Shown here in pieces: positions 30,080-41,016 of a stretch of DNA of 64,000 bases (the first letter of the stretch is position 1; every line of letters starts with the position of its first letter). Origin of the DNA: Dehalococcoidia bacterium (GTDB taxonomy: Bacteria > Chloroflexota > Dehalococcoidia > SpSt-223). The notes beneath the pieces were generated by a model. It was not told where the DNA came from, made no database searches, and was given only the letters and a program-made list of their open reading frames with translations. Location of the stretch: assembly GCA_046328265.1 (NCBI GenBank), contig JAXLWW010000001.1:116552-180551 (forward strand), read 5' to 3'. Made by a program: the position numbers and the translations under genes.

Positions 30080-31387
30080 CTACTTGATAAACCCCTCGTA
30101 GTGGCGCATCAACAACTGCGCCTCCAACTGCTTCATGGTGTCGAGCACCACGCCGACGATAATCAGCAACCCGGTCGATGAAAGCTGGACCGCCTGGATG
30201 TTCGTCGCGAGTTGAGCAAAGTACGGCAAGATGGCGATGACGCCGAGGAAGAGTGCGCCGGCCCAGGTGATCCGGGTGAGCACGCGCATCAGATAGTCGT
30301 CGGTTGGCTTGCCGGGCCGAATGCCGGGGATGAAGCCCCCGTACTTCTGGAGGTTTTCGGCGAGGCGTTGCTGCTGGAAGATGACCATCGTATAGAAAAA
30401 CGTGAAGCCAACGGTCATCACGAAGAAGAACACCCAGTACCAGGGCCGGGTCGGGTCGAAGAACCAGGTGAGACCGCCGGCAGCCTGGGCGATCCAGGGT
30501 GTGCTGGAGAACTGGAACCAACTGGCGATCGTACCGGGCAAAATCATAATCGACATCGCGAAGATGAGCGGGATCATGCCAGCCGAGTTCACCTTGAGCG
30601 GGATGTGGGTGCTTTGGCCGCCGTAGAGGCGCGAGCCACGCATCCGCTTGGCGTAGTGAACGGGCACTCGCCGCTGCGCCTCGGTGAAGACGACGATGCC
30701 CGCCACCGTCAGGACACCGAGAATGACGAACACCACCAGACCGATGATCTGATCTGCCGCCAGGAAGGACTGGCCGATGATCGATGGGATGTTGGCGACG
30801 ATACCGCCGAAGATGATCACCGAGACGCCGTTGCCGATGCCGTACTGGGTGATCAACTCGCCGAGCCAGACCAGAAAGATGGTGCCGGCGGTCAGGCTGA
30901 GGAGCATGGCAACGGTTGGGACGAGATCATCGCCGGTGAAGCCGAGGCGTGGGATGACCGGGTTTTGCTGGTTGTAGAGCAGAACCAACTGGCCGTAGCC
31001 TTGCAGGAAGGCGAGTGGGATCGTCAGGTAGTGGGTGAACTGGGTGATCTTCTGGCGGCCGGCCTCGCCCTCCTTCGAAAGCGCTTCCAGCCGCGGAATG
31101 ATCGGGACGAGGAGTTGCATCACGATCGAGGCAGTGATGTAGGGATAGACGCCCATCGCGGCAACGCTGAAGTTTCGCAGCGCACCGCCGGAAAAGAGGT
31201 CGAGCATGCCGAGCAGAGCGGCGTTCGGCCCGGTGTTGAACAGTTGATCGAGCGCCTCGGGGTTGAGGCCGGGCACCGGCACGTGGGCGACGAACCGGAA
31301 GACCACCAGCATCGCAAACGTGAAGAGGATTTTCCGGCGCAGGTCGGGAAGCTTGAAGGCATCCAACACTGCTCGTAATTGCTCCAC
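30080..31387 (-). CDS. secY: Preprotein translocase subunit SecY
   Basis: 435 aa, 10 TM segments, standard SecY motifs. Confidence 0.9.
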   Translation of the reverse strand: MEQLRAVLDAFKLPDLRRKILFTFAMLVVFRFVAHVPVPGLNPEALDQLFNTGPNAALLGMLDLFSGGALRNFSVAAMGVYPYITASIVMQLLVPIIPRLEALSKEGEAGRQKITQFTHYLTIPLAFLQGYGQLVLLYNQQNPVIPRLGFTGDDLVPTVAMLLSLTAGTIFLVWLGELITQYGIGNGVSVIIFGGIVANIPSIIGQSFLAADQIIGLVVFVILGVLTVAGIVVFTEAQRRVPVHYAKRMRGSRLYGGQSTHIPLKVNSAGMIPLIFAMSIMILPGTIASWFQFSSTPWIAQAAGGLTWFFDPTRPWYWVFFFVMTVGFTFFYTMVIFQQQRLAENLQKYGGFIPGIRPGKPTDDYLMRVLTRITWAGALFLGVIAILPYFAQLATNIQAVQLSSTGLLIIVGVVLDTMKQLEAQLLMRHYEGFIK

Positions 31388-31462
31388 TCCCCCTCCTTGG
31401 CGCGGGTTGCAAAAAGTGTAACCGAGCCAACGGCCCGCGGCGCGGCTTTTGGCCGACGCCCC

Positions 31463-31957
31463 CTAGGCTGTCTTGGTGCGCGGGTTTGGCCCGCGCGACC
31501 GGCTGGGCCGTGGCTGCTCGAAGGGCAGTTCTTCGATAGTTCCGCCATTGGCTTCGATCTTGGTCTTGGCCGAGGCGGAGAACTTATGCGCCCGGACGGT
31601 GAGCTTTACCCCGAGTTCGCCGTTGCCGAGGATCTTGAGCGGCTTGTTCCCCTTGAGAACACCGGCCTCACGAAGCAGTTCAGGGTTGACCTCGCTGCCG
31701 TCGTCCAACTCGGAGAAGTCCTCGACGTTCATCACGGCGTACTCGATGCGCCATTTGTTGGTGAAGCCGCGCTTTTCCGGGAGGCGCTTGATCATCGGCA
31801 GTTGACCGCCCTCGAAGCGCGGACCGGGTCCGCCGCCCGAGCGGGCTTTCTGGCCCTTGAGGCCCTTACCAGCATAGGTGCCCTGACCGGTGGCATTGCC
31901 CCGACCAATCCGCTTGCGCGCGCTGCGCGGCGGGCCCTGGAGTTCATCCATTCTCAT
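31463..31957 (-). CDS. rplO: 50S ribosomal protein L15
   Basis: ...[26 protein letters not shown]... Confidence 0.9.
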   Translation of the reverse strand: MRMDELQGPPRSARKRIGRGNATGQGTYAGKGLKGQKARSGGGPGPRFEGGQLPMIKRLPEKRGFTNKWRIEYAVMNVEDFSELDDGSEVNPELLREAGVLKGNKPLKILGNGELGVKLTVRAHKFSASAKTKIEANGGTIEELPFEQPRPSRSRGPNPRTKTA

Positions 31958-32142
31958 TCGCTCACCTCTTCGACCACGACGAGGTGGCTCACCTTGTTCA
32001 CCAGGCCGCGGTTGCTGGGCGTGTCCTCGCGCTCGACGGTTTCATGCAGCCGGTGCAGACCGAGCGTGCGAATAGTGTCACGCTGACGCTGGCTGTAGCC
32101 GATCGTGCTCTTCTTCCAGGTGATTCGAAGCTTACTCATCAT
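31954..32142 (-). CDS. rpmD: 50S ribosomal protein L30
   Basis: 62 aa [15 protein letters not shown]... Confidence 0.85.
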   Translation of the reverse strand: MMSKLRITWKKSTIGYSQRQRDTIRTLGLHRLHETVEREDTPSNRGLVNKVSHLVVVEEVSE

Positions 32143-32662
32143 TCGTTTCCGTTGGCGTCTCGGCGACGACCGGGCGGTTGTTCCGACGCGGTCGGCGCTC
32201 GCGCGCCTCGGCCGGGTCCATCAACGCCCCAAGCGCTTCGATGGTTGCCCGGACGACGTTGACCGGGTTGTTGGACCCGAGTGATTTGGTCAGGATGTCG
32301 CGGATGCCGGCCGCTTCAACGACGGCGCGAACGCCGCCTCCGGCGATGACCCCGGTGCCCGGACTGGCTGGTTTGAGCATCACCTTGGCCGCCCCAAACT
32401 CAGACTGGATCTGATGGGGGATGGTGTGCTCGATCAGCGGAACGCGCACGAGGTTCTTCTTGGCGTCCTCGGTACCCTTGCGGATCGCCTCCGGGACTTC
32501 GTTGGCCTTGCCAAGGCCGGCGCCGACGTGGCCACGACCGTCGCCGATGACGACGACGGCGCTAAAGCTGAAGCGCCGACCGCCCTTGACGACCTTGGCG
32601 ACGCGGTTGACCGAGACGACGCGCTCCTTTTCGAGCGCGACACTGCGTGGATCGATACGCAT
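32132..32662 (-). CDS. rpsE: 30S ribosomal protein S5
   Basis: ...[21 protein letters not shown]... with a short basic/acidic C-terminal tail. Confidence 0.9.
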   Translation of the reverse strand: MRIDPRSVALEKERVVSVNRVAKVVKGGRRFSFSAVVVIGDGRGHVGAGLGKANEVPEAIRKGTEDAKKNLVRVPLIEHTIPHQIQSEFGAAKVMLKPASPGTGVIAGGGVRAVVEAAGIRDILTKSLGSNNPVNVVRATIEALGALMDPAEARERRPRRNNRPVVAETPTETNDE

Positions 32663-32673
32663 CGTTTTGCCCC

Positions 32674-33042
32674 TTAGAAGACGAGCCCGGCTTCGCGGGC
32701 CGCTTCGGCCAGGGCTTGCACCCGGCCGTGGTAGACGTAGCCGCCGCGGTCGAAGACGACCGTGCTGACGCCGGCCTGCTTGGCCCGCTCGGCGATCGTC
32801 CGCCCCACTACCTTGGCTTCGTCGGATTTGTTCTTGCCTTCAAGCTGGGTGCGAACGTCCGGATCGAGCGTCGACGCCGCCGCCAGCGTTCGCCGGGTGG
32901 TGTCGTCGATGACCTGGGCGTAGATATGAACCAGGCTGCGGTAGACCGCCAGACGCGGCCGCTCGGCCTGGCCGAACACCTTCTTGCGAACCCGAAGGTG
33001 CCGGCGGCGGCGGGAGATTCGCGGGTCAATTCGTTTGAACAT
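32674..33042 (-). CDS. rplR: 50S ribosomal protein L18
   Basis: 122 aa ...[17 protein letters not shown]... Confidence 0.9.
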   Translation of the reverse strand: MFKRIDPRISRRRRHLRVRKKVFGQAERPRLAVYRSLVHIYAQVIDDTTRRTLAAASTLDPDVRTQLEGKNKSDEAKVVGRTIAERAKQAGVSTVVFDRGGYVYHGRVQALAEAAREAGLVF

Positions 33043-33045
33043 CGT

Positions 33046-33600
33046 CTACTTCTTCTTCCCGCCGGCCTTGCCCGCCTTGCCGGCCTTGCGCCGGATCACC
33101 TCGCCCTGGTAGCGAATGCCCTTGCCCTTGTACGGCTCGGGCGGACGCACCTCGCGAATATTGGCGGCAGTCTGGCCAACCAGTTCCTTGTCGATACCCT
33201 GAACCGAGAAACGGGTCGGCGCCTCGACGACGAAGGTGATCCCTGCGGGTGCTTCGACTTCGATAGGGTGCGAGTAGCCGACCTGCAGGACCAGCTTTGC
33301 CCCCTGCAACTGGGCGCGGTACCCGACGCCGCTCATTTCGAGGTTCTTGGCGAACCCGTTGGTAACACCGGTCACCATATTGGCGATCAAGGTTCGGGTT
33401 AGCCCGTGCTGGGCCCGGTTTTCCTTCTCGTCATCCGGCCGGGCGACGGTGAGCGTCCCGGCTTCGAGGGCGATCTCCATCTTGGGGCTGACCTGCCGCT
33501 GCAGTTCACCCTTGGGCCCCTTGACGCGCACCAGTCCGTCGTCGACGGTGACGTTGACGCCGGCAGGAACGGCGATCGGAGCGCGACCAATTCGCGACAT
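33046..33600 (-). CDS. rplF: 50S ribosomal protein L6
   Basis: 184 aa [17 protein letters not shown]... Confidence 0.9.
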   Translation of the reverse strand: MSRIGRAPIAVPAGVNVTVDDGLVRVKGPKGELQRQVSPKMEIALEAGTLTVARPDDEKENRAQHGLTRTLIANMVTGVTNGFAKNLEMSGVGYRAQLQGAKLVLQVGYSHPIEVEAPAGITFVVEAPTRFSVQGIDKELVGQTAANIREVRPPEPYKGKGIRYQGEVIRRKAGKAGKAGGKKK

Positions 33601-33612
33601 GATTTCCTCCCT

Positions 33613-34011
33613 CTACCAGACGTAACAGAGGACTTCGCCGCCGACGCGCTCGCGCCAGGCTTGCTGTCCCGTCATCACGCCCTGGGGCGTGGACATCACC
33701 GCGATCCCGAGGCCGCCATAGACGCGTGGGATCTCGCCGCGCTGAACGTAGACGCGCAGACCTGGCTTGGAGACGCGCTGTAGCCCGCTGAGCACCGGCT
33801 GCTTTTTGCCGGTGTAGCGCAAAGACACCTTGAGGGTGGACTTTACGCCGTCGCGCAGCACTTCGTAGTCCTTGATGAAGCCCTCGTCCATCAAGATCTT
33901 GGCTATTGCCACTTTGATCTTCGACGCGGGCATCACGACGAAATCATGCTTGGCCTGGACGGCGTTGCGCAGCCGGGTCAGCATGTCCGCGATCGGATCG
34001 GTCATCGTCAT
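33613..34011 (-). CDS. rpsH: 30S ribosomal protein S8
   Basis: 132 aa [17 protein letters not shown]... Confidence 0.9.
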   Translation of the reverse strand: MTMTDPIADMLTRLRNAVQAKHDFVVMPASKIKVAIAKILMDEGFIKDYEVLRDGVKSTLKVSLRYTGKKQPVLSGLQRVSKPGLRVYVQRGEIPRVYGGLGIAVMSTPQGVMTGQQAWRERVGGEVLCYVW

Positions 34012-34021
34012 GGTCCGCCTC

Positions 34022-34207
34022 CTACCAACTCGACTTCGTCACGCCCGGGATTTCCCCCTTGAGGGCGAACGTGCGGAAGCAGATCCGACACAGCGCGAAC
34101 TTGCGAATGAACGCGCGTGGGCGACCGCAGCGCAGGCAGCGGTTGCGGTGCTGGACCTTGAACTTCGGGGTCTTGCGAGACTTGGCGATCTTGCTCTCTT
34201 TGGCCAA
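34022..34207 (-). CDS. rpsZ: 30S ribosomal protein S14 type Z (zinc-binding)
   Basis: 61 aa with CLRCGRP...CRIC. Confidence 0.9.
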   Translation of the reverse strand: MAKESKIAKSRKTPKFKVQHRNRCLRCGRPRAFIRKFALCRICFRTFALKGEIPGVTKSSW

Positions 34208-34269
34208 CGCCCCTCCTGGTGGTCGGCGGATAGGTCGTCGCCGGCATCGCCGGACGACCGGGTTGTTTC

Positions 34270-34815
34270 CTAATTACGGACGAACGGCATCCCAAGCAAC
34301 TGGAGCAGTCGCTTCGACTCCTGGTCGGTCCGAGCGGTCGTCACGATCGATACTTGCAAGCCGCGGATCTTGTCGATCTTGTCATAGTCGATCTCGGGGA
34401 AGGTCAGTTGTTCTTTCAGCCCGAGCGAGTAATTGCCCCGGCCGTCGAACGCCTTGTCCGAGACGCCGCGGAAGTCACGCACCCGCGGCAGCGCCACATT
34501 CAGCAGCTTGTCGAGAAAATGCCACATGCGTTCGCCGCGCAGCGTCACCATGCAGCCGATCGCCATACCTTCGCGCAGTTTGAAGGCGGCGATTGATTTG
34601 CGCGCCTTGCGGACGATCGGCTGCTGGCCGGTGATCGCCGCGAGGTCCTTCACCGCGGCATCCATCGCCCGGTTGTTGGCAATCGCCTCGCCCATGCCGA
34701 TGTTGACGACGACCTTGTGAACGCGCGGGATCTCCATCACGTTCTGGTAGTCGAATTCTTTTTGGAGCGCTGGCGCGATGTCGCGCTCGTACAACTCACG
34801 CATCCGGGGAGCCAT
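34270..34815 (-). CDS. rplE: 50S ribosomal protein L5
   Basis: Start [12 protein letters not shown], overlapping the rplX stop by 1 nt (TAATG). GGGGGTG RBS. Confidence 0.85.
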   Translation of the reverse strand: MAPRMRELYERDIAPALQKEFDYQNVMEIPRVHKVVVNIGMGEAIANNRAMDAAVKDLAAITGQQPIVRKARKSIAAFKLREGMAIGCMVTLRGERMWHFLDKLLNVALPRVRDFRGVSDKAFDGRGNYSLGLKEQLTFPEIDYDKIDKIRGLQVSIVTTARTDQESKRLLQLLGMPFVRN

Positions 34816-35129
34816 TATGCAAACACCCCCTGGCACTGCTTGCACTGACGGCTCTTCTGGCCTTGCTCGTCGATCTGATACCCGATGCGCGTCGGCTTGC
34901 CGCAGTTGGGGCAGATCACCATCACGTTCGAGATATCGAGCGGGGCTTCCTTGTCGATGATGCCGGCCTGGCGGGCGACGCCGGTCGCCTTCTGGTGGCG
35001 GCGGACGATGTTGTGCCCTTCGATCACCACCCGGTGCTCCTTCGGGATCACCCGGCTGACCTTGCCCTGCTTGCCCTTTTCCCGCCCGTTCGTTATCAGA
35101 ACGGTGTCTCCGGATTTCACTCTTGCCAT
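34815..35129 (-). CDS. rplX: 50S ribosomal protein L24 with C-terminal Cys4 zinc-ribbon motif
   Basis: [24 protein letters not shown]... KOW domain, then ...[34 protein letters not shown]. The track ORF is extended upstream by 103 antisense codons. Confidence 0.85.
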   Translation of the reverse strand: MARVKSGDTVLITNGREKGKQGKVSRVIPKEHRVVIEGHNIVRRHQKATGVARQAGIIDKEAPLDISNVMVICPNCGKPTRIGYQIDEQGQKSRQCKQCQGVFA

Positions 35130-35497
35130 CACAATACCTCGGGTGCGAGGGAGGCGATCTTCATGAACTGGCGCTCGCGAAGCTCGCGGGCGACCGGGCC
35201 GAAGATCCGGGTACCCTTCGGATTCTGCTTTTCCGACAGGATTACCGCCGCGTTGTCGTCGAACTTGATGTAGGAGCCATCCGGCCGACGGTATTCCTTG
35301 GCGGTCCGGACGATCACCGCCCGGACGACATCGCCCTTCTTGACCGAGCCGCCGGGTTGGGCTTCCTTGACCGCCGCGATGATGATGTCGCCGACGTAGC
35401 CGATCTTGCGAGCGCCCGCGCCAACAACCCGGATGCACAACAGCTCTTTCGCGCCGGTGTTGTCCGCCACGCGGACCCGGCTCTCGGTCTGGATCAT
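35129..35497 (-). CDS. rplN: 50S ribosomal protein L14
   Basis: [18 protein letters not shown]... Confidence 0.9.
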   Translation of the reverse strand: MIQTESRVRVADNTGAKELLCIRVVGAGARKIGYVGDIIIAAVKEAQPGGSVKKGDVVRAVIVRTAKEYRRPDGSYIKFDDNAAVILSEKQNPKGTRIFGPVARELRERQFMKIASLAPEVL

Positions 35498-35788
35498 CTA
35501 GGCCCCCACGCCGACGTCCTGCGGCTTGAGGTCCGGAACGTCGCCCTTCTTGACGATTTCGATGACCCGCCAGCGCTTCTCTTTCGAGATTGGCCGGCTC
35601 TCAATCATCTTGACGAGATCGCCGAGGTTGCACTGGTTCTTCTCGTCATGTGCCTTGTACTTGGTCGTTCGCCGGATCGTCCGGCGATAGAGCGGATGGC
35701 GCTTGACGCGCTCGACCGCCACGACAACCGTCTTGTCCATCTTGTTGCCGACTACGGTCCCGGTCAGGGTGCGTCGATCCTGAAACAT
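35498..35788 (-). CDS. rpsQ: 30S ribosomal protein S17
   Basis: [27 protein letters not shown]... Start at the internal Met of the track ORF 35498-36229. Confidence 0.85.
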   Translation of the reverse strand: MFQDRRTLTGTVVGNKMDKTVVVAVERVKRHPLYRRTIRRTTKYKAHDEKNQCNLGDLVKMIESRPISKEKRWRVIEIVKKGDVPDLKPQDVGVGA

Positions 35789-35790
35789 CG

Positions 35791-36024
35791 TTATTCCTCG
35801 CCTTGCAGCGCCCGCGCCAACTCGCGCTCGCGCAAGATCGTCTTCAACCGGGCGATCGACTTGCGCGCGCTCGGGACCTGGCGATCGTTGTCGAGTTGCC
35901 GGGTGACGTGACGCATCCGCAGGTTGAACAGCTCGCGATACAAATCGTCGAGCTGGCGATGCAGATCTGCGTCGGTGGCGTTGCGCAACGACTGGCGTTG
36001 CTCGCGCGTATCGCGCAGCTTCAT
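35791..36024 (-). CDS. rpmC: 50S ribosomal protein L29
   Basis: 77 aa ...[11 protein letters not shown]... Confidence 0.85.
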   Translation of the reverse strand: MKLRDTREQRQSLRNATDADLHRQLDDLYRELFNLRMRHVTRQLDNDRQVPSARKSIARLKTILRERELARALQGEE

Positions 36025-36545
36025 GCTTCGCTCCCTTCGGCCGTTGGCTCCTCGGCACTCTTCTCCGAGGCCGCCTCGACGACGGTATCCTCGGCCTCCA
36101 TCGGCTCGTCGGAGATATCCACCACCTGAGCCTCGCCGCGTTGACGAACGACAAAGCGCGTCTCGACCGGAAGTTTATGGCCGGCACGGCGCAACGCCTC
36201 TTTGGCGACATCCTCGCGGACGCCAGCAAGTTCGAACAGGATCAGCCCCGGCTTGACGACGGCCACCCAGTGGTCGGGTGCGCCCTTGCCCGAGCCCATT
36301 CGGGTCTCGGCGGGCTTGGCGGTCACCGGCTTGTGCGGGAAGATCCGAATCCAGACCTTGCCGCCGCGCTTGATGTAGTTGGTGATCGTGCGGCGAGCCG
36401 ACTCGATCTGCCGGCTGTCAATCCAGGCGGTGGTCGTTGCCTGAATGCCGTATTGCCCGTAGGCCAGTTCTGCACCGCGCTGGGCGACGCCGCGCCGATG
36501 GCCACGAAACTGCTTGCGGTGCTTGACCCGCTTCGGCATCAGCAT
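36021..36545 (-). CDS. rplP: 50S ribosomal protein L16 (with ~35-aa acidic C-terminal extension)
   Basis: [15 protein letters not shown]... Tail is ...[38 protein letters not shown]. Confidence 0.9.
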   Translation of the reverse strand: MLMPKRVKHRKQFRGHRRGVAQRGAELAYGQYGIQATTTAWIDSRQIESARRTITNYIKRGGKVWIRIFPHKPVTAKPAETRMGSGKGAPDHWVAVVKPGLILFELAGVREDVAKEALRRAGHKLPVETRFVVRQRGEAQVVDISDEPMEAEDTVVEAASEKSAEEPTAEGSEA

Positions 36546-36547
36546 CG

Positions 36548-37558
36548 CTATTCCTCCCGCTCGCCGGTGGGTTCGGTTGGCGCGGCGGGGGCTGGCGCGG
36601 CAGGCTGAGCGGGCGCTTGTGCGGCGGCGGTTGCTTCCAGGAGCGCACGCTCGCGCTCGGCCAAAAGCCGTTCACGTTCGGCCAACTGTCGCTCACGCTC
36701 GCTGAGTGCATCCGATTCGGCCGTTGGTGCAGCGGGTGCAGCCGCCTCAGCCAGAGGGGCGGGCTCGGACACAACTGCTGGCGCAGCCGGGGCGGCTGCG
36801 TCGGCTGCCACGGCTGCCTCGATCGTCGGCTCGGCGGCGTCGGGCGCCGGTTCGCGCTCGGGGCGTGCTTCGCGTTGGCTACGCCGGTCGGCTTCCCGCC
36901 GTCGCTCGGCGGCTTCGGCCCGTGCCATCCGCGCGCTGAGGACATCGCCGCGGTAGAGCCAAACCTTGATGCCGATGACGCCAAAGGTCGTGTGCGCCTC
37001 GGCGATGCCGAAGTCGATATCGGCTCGCAGGGTTTGCAGCGGCACCTGACCGGCATGCTCGCGCTCGCGGCGGGACATCTCCGCGCCGCCAAGGCGGCCC
37101 GACATGATGATGCGGATACCTTGCGCGCCGCGCTGCATCGAGCGCGTCACTGCTTGCTTGATCGCCCGCTTGTAGGAGACGCGCCGCTCGAGCTGGTCGG
37201 CGATCGACCGCGCGACGAGATAGGCATCGAGTTCCGGCTGGCGGATCTCGGCGATATTCACCCGTACGCGCTTGCTGGTCAGCTTCTCGAGATTGTCGCG
37301 AAGCTCATCGACTTTCTGGCCGGAGCGCCCGATGACGATACCCGGCTTGGCAGTGTGGATCGTGACGCCAACCTGGTTGGCCTGGCGGTCGATCTCGACG
37401 CGCGGTATACCGGCATCGGCAAAGCGCTTGGTGATCAGTTGGCGAATTCGCATGTCTTCATGGAGCAGATCGGTGTATTGCCGGTCGGCGAACCACTTGG
37501 ACTGCCAGGTCTTGTTGACCCCGAGGCGAAAGCCGACAGGGTGGACTTTGTGGCCCAT
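36548..37558 (-). CDS. rpsC: 30S ribosomal protein S3 (with ~110-aa Ala/Pro/Glu-rich C-terminal extension)
   Basis: KH and S3-C domains through ...[11 protein letters not shown], then [12 protein letters not shown]...[23 protein letters not shown]... low-complexity/coiled-coil-like tail. Confidence 0.9.
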   Translation of the reverse strand: MGHKVHPVGFRLGVNKTWQSKWFADRQYTDLLHEDMRIRQLITKRFADAGIPRVEIDRQANQVGVTIHTAKPGIVIGRSGQKVDELRDNLEKLTSKRVRVNIAEIRQPELDAYLVARSIADQLERRVSYKRAIKQAVTRSMQRGAQGIRIIMSGRLGGAEMSRREREHAGQVPLQTLRADIDFGIAEAHTTFGVIGIKVWLYRGDVLSARMARAEAAERRREADRRSQREARPEREPAPDAAEPTIEAAVAADAAAPAAPAVVSEPAPLAEAAAPAAPTAESDALSERERQLAERERLLAERERALLEATAAAQAPAQPAAPAPAAPTEPTGEREE

Positions 37559-37903
37559 CTACGCTCCCCTTCGCTCGTCGACGACGACGGTGACGTGGCT
37601 CGATCGCTTCAGGATCGGGCTAACCCGGCCGCGCGAGCGGGCCCGGAACCGCTTCATCGTCGGGCCTTCGTCCACGAACGCCCGAACGATGACGAGTTCG
37701 TCGGGGTCCATCAGGTTGTTGTTTTCCGCATTGGCCGCCGCTGACTTGACGACCTTATAGACGTCCTTGGCGTGGGGCGAGGGGAGATAGCGCAAGATCG
37801 CCATCGCCTCCTCGACTCGCCGACCACGGATCAGATCGACGATCAACCGCATCTTTTGCGGCGAGACGCGGATTCGTTTGGCTACTGCCTGAACTTCGGC
37901 CAT
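37559..37903 (-). CDS. rplV: 50S ribosomal protein L22
   Basis: MAEVQAVAKRIRVSPQKMRLIVDLIRG... Start at the internal Met of the track ORF 37559-38350. Confidence 0.85.
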   Translation of the reverse strand: MAEVQAVAKRIRVSPQKMRLIVDLIRGRRVEEAMAILRYLPSPHAKDVYKVVKSAAANAENNNLMDPDELVIVRAFVDEGPTMKRFRARSRGRVSPILKRSSHVTVVVDERRGA

Positions 37904-37911
37904 CTCGCCCC

Positions 37912-38202
37912 CTACTTGCGGCGAACCTGGCTGGAGCGCTCGGACTTGTTGACGTGGCCGCGGAACCTGCGGGTCTCCGCGAACTCGCCAAGCCGATGCC
38001 CAACCATGTTCTCGGTAATGAAAATCGGAATATGCGCCCGGCCATTGTGGACGCCGATCGTGTGGCCGATCATCTGCGGCACGATCGTCGACGCCCGCGA
38101 CCAGGTCTTGATCAGCGCCCGCTGCCCTGAGCGGTTCGACTTGTCGATCTTTTGGAGGAGCTTCGCCTCGACGAACGGCCCCTTCTTGGTCGATCGCGAC
38201 AT
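37912..38202 (-). CDS. rpsS: 30S ribosomal protein S19
   Basis: 96 aa [16 protein letters not shown]... Confidence 0.9.
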   Translation of the reverse strand: MSRSTKKGPFVEAKLLQKIDKSNRSGQRALIKTWSRASTIVPQMIGHTIGVHNGRAHIPIFITENMVGHRLGEFAETRRFRGHVNKSERSSQVRRK

Positions 38203-38213
38203 CTGCCGTCTCC

Positions 38214-39044
38214 CTACTTCTTCCGTCGTCGGACGATGTACTTGCTGGACTGCTTCTTGCGCGAGCGGGTTTTGTAGCCGAGGGCCGGCTTGCCCCAGGG
38301 GGTCTTCGGACCGGGGTGACCGACCGGCGCTTTGCCCTCGCCGCCGCCATGCGGATGGTCGCGCGGGTTCATGACCGATCCGCGAACGGTGGGCCGACGG
38401 CCGAGGTGACGATTGCGCCCAGCCTTGCCCAGTTTGATGTTCTCATGCTCGACATTGCCGACCTGGCCAATGGTGGCGACGCACTCGGCTCGGACGCGCC
38501 GCAACTCGCCCGAAGGCAGGCGCAGCAGAACGTAGTCGTCTTCTTTGGCCATCAACTGGGCAGCGGCACCGGCCGAGCGCACCATCTGCGCCCCGCGCCC
38601 GGCGGTCAACTCGATGTTGTGCACCATCGTGCCGGTCGGGATATTCGCCAACGGCAGGGCGTTGCCGGCACGGATCTCAGCGTCCGGGCCGCTGCGCAAC
38701 AGGTCGCCGGGCTTGACGTTGAGCGGCGCGACGATGTAACGCTTCTCGCCGTCCTCATACTCGAGCAGGGCAATGCGCGCCGAGCGGTTCGGGTCGTATT
38801 CGATCGCGCTGACCGTGGCATTCATGCCGTGCTTGTCGCGCTTCCAATCGATGATCCGATAGCGCCGCTTCGCGCCGCCGCCACGGTGGCGGGTGGTGAT
38901 CCGGCCGGTATTGTTGCGCCCGCCCGACTTCTTGAGTGGAGCGAGAAGCGACTTTTCCGGCTTCTTCTTGGTGATCTCTTCAAAGGTATGGCCCGAAGCG
39001 TTTCGGCGGCCGGGCGAGGTTGGGCTGTATTTCCGAATTGGCAT
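38214..39044 (-). CDS. rplB: 50S ribosomal protein L2
   Basis: 276 aa ...[14 protein letters not shown]... Confidence 0.9.
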   Translation of the reverse strand: MPIRKYSPTSPGRRNASGHTFEEITKKKPEKSLLAPLKKSGGRNNTGRITTRHRGGGAKRRYRIIDWKRDKHGMNATVSAIEYDPNRSARIALLEYEDGEKRYIVAPLNVKPGDLLRSGPDAEIRAGNALPLANIPTGTMVHNIELTAGRGAQMVRSAGAAAQLMAKEDDYVLLRLPSGELRRVRAECVATIGQVGNVEHENIKLGKAGRNRHLGRRPTVRGSVMNPRDHPHGGGEGKAPVGHPGPKTPWGKPALGYKTRSRKKQSSKYIVRRRKK

Positions 39045-39047
39045 TGC

Positions 39048-39335
39048 CTACACCCCCTCGAACACTTCGATCTTCTGGCCCGGCTGCACTTCGACGATCG
39101 CCTTCTTCCAGGGCGAGGTCATGCCGCGGTTCTTGCGGACCCGCCGCATCTTGCCCGGCATCGTCATGGTCCGGACTGACACCACGTCGACGTTGAATGC
39201 CGTCTCGACGGCTTCTTTGATCTGGATCTTGTTCGCCGTGGAGGCGACTTCGAAGACGTAACGGTCGGCCCCGGCGAGGATCGTGCTTTTCTCGGTCACG
39301 ACTGGCCGGCGGATGATTTCGAGGACCTGGTTCAT
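39048..39335 (-). CDS. rplW: 50S ribosomal protein L23
   Basis: 95 aa. Confidence 0.85.
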   Translation of the reverse strand: MNQVLEIIRRPVVTEKSTILAGADRYVFEVASTANKIQIKEAVETAFNVDVVSVRTMTMPGKMRRVRKNRGMTSPWKKAIVEVQPGQKIEVFEGV

Positions 39336-40000
39336 GCCTCGACCTCCTCGTCGGCAGGTTCGTCGGCGGGCCGGTCCGCCGGCTTGAGTCGCTCCTCGAC
39401 GCGCCGGACGGCATCGACCGTCATCAGCACATGGCGGTGCTTGAGGACATCGCCGATGTTCAACGATGCGGCATAGGTGATGTCGACACCCGGCAGGTTG
39501 CGAGCGCTGCGGACGACAAACTGGTCGGGTTCGGCGGTCACCAGCACGGTGGTTCGGCTGAGGCCCAACGCTCCAAGCGCCTCGGCCATCAGCCGGGTCT
39601 TCGCCTCGGCGATTGCGAGGTCCTGGACCACCAGCAGTTCGGCATCAGCCAACTTGCCCGAAAGCGCCGAGCGCAAGGCGGCGCGGCGCATCTTCAGCGG
39701 CATCCGCTTGCGGAAATCGCGCGGGTGCGGTCCGAAGACGACGCCGCCCTTGCGGTAGTGCGGGGCGCGGATGCTGCCCTGGCGTGCTCGGCCGGTGCCC
39801 TTCTGGCGATATGGCTTTGCGCCTCCGCCAACGACTTCACCGCGGGTCTTGGTGTCGCGGGTGCCTTGCCGCCGGTTCGCCTCGTGGCGGACGGCCGCCT
39901 GGTGGATCAGCGGGCGGTTGACCGTCGCGCCGAAAACCGAATCGAGGACGTCGATGCTGGTGACAACTTCACCCGCGAGGTTTCGAACAGAAACTTCCAT
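39332..40000 (-). CDS. rplD: 50S ribosomal protein L4
   Basis: 222 aa. Confidence 0.9.
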   Translation of the reverse strand: MEVSVRNLAGEVVTSIDVLDSVFGATVNRPLIHQAAVRHEANRRQGTRDTKTRGEVVGGGAKPYRQKGTGRARQGSIRAPHYRKGGVVFGPHPRDFRKRMPLKMRRAALRSALSGKLADAELLVVQDLAIAEAKTRLMAEALGALGLSRTTVLVTAEPDQFVVRSARNLPGVDITYAASLNIGDVLKHRHVLMTVDAVRRVEERLKPADRPADEPADEEVEA

Positions 40001-40012
40001 GATCGTCCTCGC

Positions 40013-40654
40013 CTACTTCGCCTGGCTCTTGACGGCGCGGCGGATGATCAGCAACCCGTTGTCCGCCCCCGGCACCGAGCCCTTGAGCAGCAACAGGTTG
40101 CGCTTTGGGTCCGCTTCGATGACTTCGAGGTGCTGAACCGTTACCCGCTCGTGGCCCATGTGGCCGGCCATCCGCAGCCCGCGGAGGACACGCCCGGGTG
40201 TGGTGCCCGAGCCGACCGAGCCGGGAGCGCGATGGCGATCGGATTGTCCGTGGGTCTTTGGACCGCCGCGGAAACCATGTCGCTTGACGACGCCGGCAAA
40301 CCCTTTGCCCTTGGAGACGCCAACCACGTCGACATGGTCGCCGGCCTTGAAGATCCCCACGTCGATCGTCGCGCCCAACTCGAGCGCCGGATCGTCGCTC
40401 AGCCGGAACTCGCGCAAGTAGCGCACCGCCGGCGCGCCGGACTTGCGGAGGTGGCCGCGTTGCGGGCGGTTGATCTTCTTTCTGGTTCCATAGCCGACCT
40501 GAACGGCCGAATAGCCGTCCTTCTCCTGCGTTTTCAGTTGGGTGATCGTGCAGGGCCCCGCTTCAATTGCGGTGACCGGCACCACCCGCCCATCTTGACG
40601 GAAAACCTGGCTCATCCCGAGCTTCTTGCCCAGAATGCCGTCGAGTTCAGCCAT
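40013..40654 (-). CDS. rplC: 50S ribosomal protein L3
   Basis: 213 aa. Confidence 0.9.
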   Translation of the reverse strand: MAELDGILGKKLGMSQVFRQDGRVVPVTAIEAGPCTITQLKTQEKDGYSAVQVGYGTRKKINRPQRGHLRKSGAPAVRYLREFRLSDDPALELGATIDVGIFKAGDHVDVVGVSKGKGFAGVVKRHGFRGGPKTHGQSDRHRAPGSVGSGTTPGRVLRGLRMAGHMGHERVTVQHLEVIEADPKRNLLLLKGSVPGADNGLLIIRRAVKSQAK

Positions 40655-40707
40655 CCTTCGTTACTCCCACGCCGGGCGGTCCCCATCGGGGACACCAACG
40701 TCTGTGC

Positions 40708-41016
40708 CTACAGCTTGATCTCGATATCCACGCCGGCCGGCAGATTCAGCCGCATCAACTGATCGACCGTCCGGCTGGTCGGCTCGAGAATGTCGATCAG
40801 CCGCTTATGGGTCCGGATCTCGAACTGCTCGCGCGAGTCCTTGTCGATGTGCGGTGAGCGGATCACCGTCCACTTCTGGATCCGGGTCGGCAACGGCACC
40901 GGGCCAGCCACCTGGGCACCGGTCCGCTCGGCGGTTTCGACGATCTGCTCCGCCGACTGGTCGAGGATTCGATGATCGAAGGCCTTCAACCGGATGCGAA
41001 TCTTTTGTCGCGCCAT
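40708..41016 (-). CDS. rpsJ: 30S ribosomal protein S10
   Basis: [21 protein letters not shown]... Start at the internal Met of the track ORF 40708-41238. Confidence 0.9.
   Translation of the reverse strand: MARQKIRIRLKAFDHRILDQSAEQIVETAERTGAQVAGPVPLPTRIQKWTVIRSPHIDKDSREQFEIRTHKRLIDILEPTSRTVDQLMRLNLPAGVDIEIKL

Noticed and set aside
35498-36229. Long N-terminal extensions on the track ORFs for S17, L22, S10, S4, L36, L24, DUF35 and icd
   Set aside because: Each extension is Arg-rich antisense-like sequence upstream of an internal Met or TTG that has a proper RBS and matches the canonical N-terminus of the conserved protein. Genes were called from the internal start.
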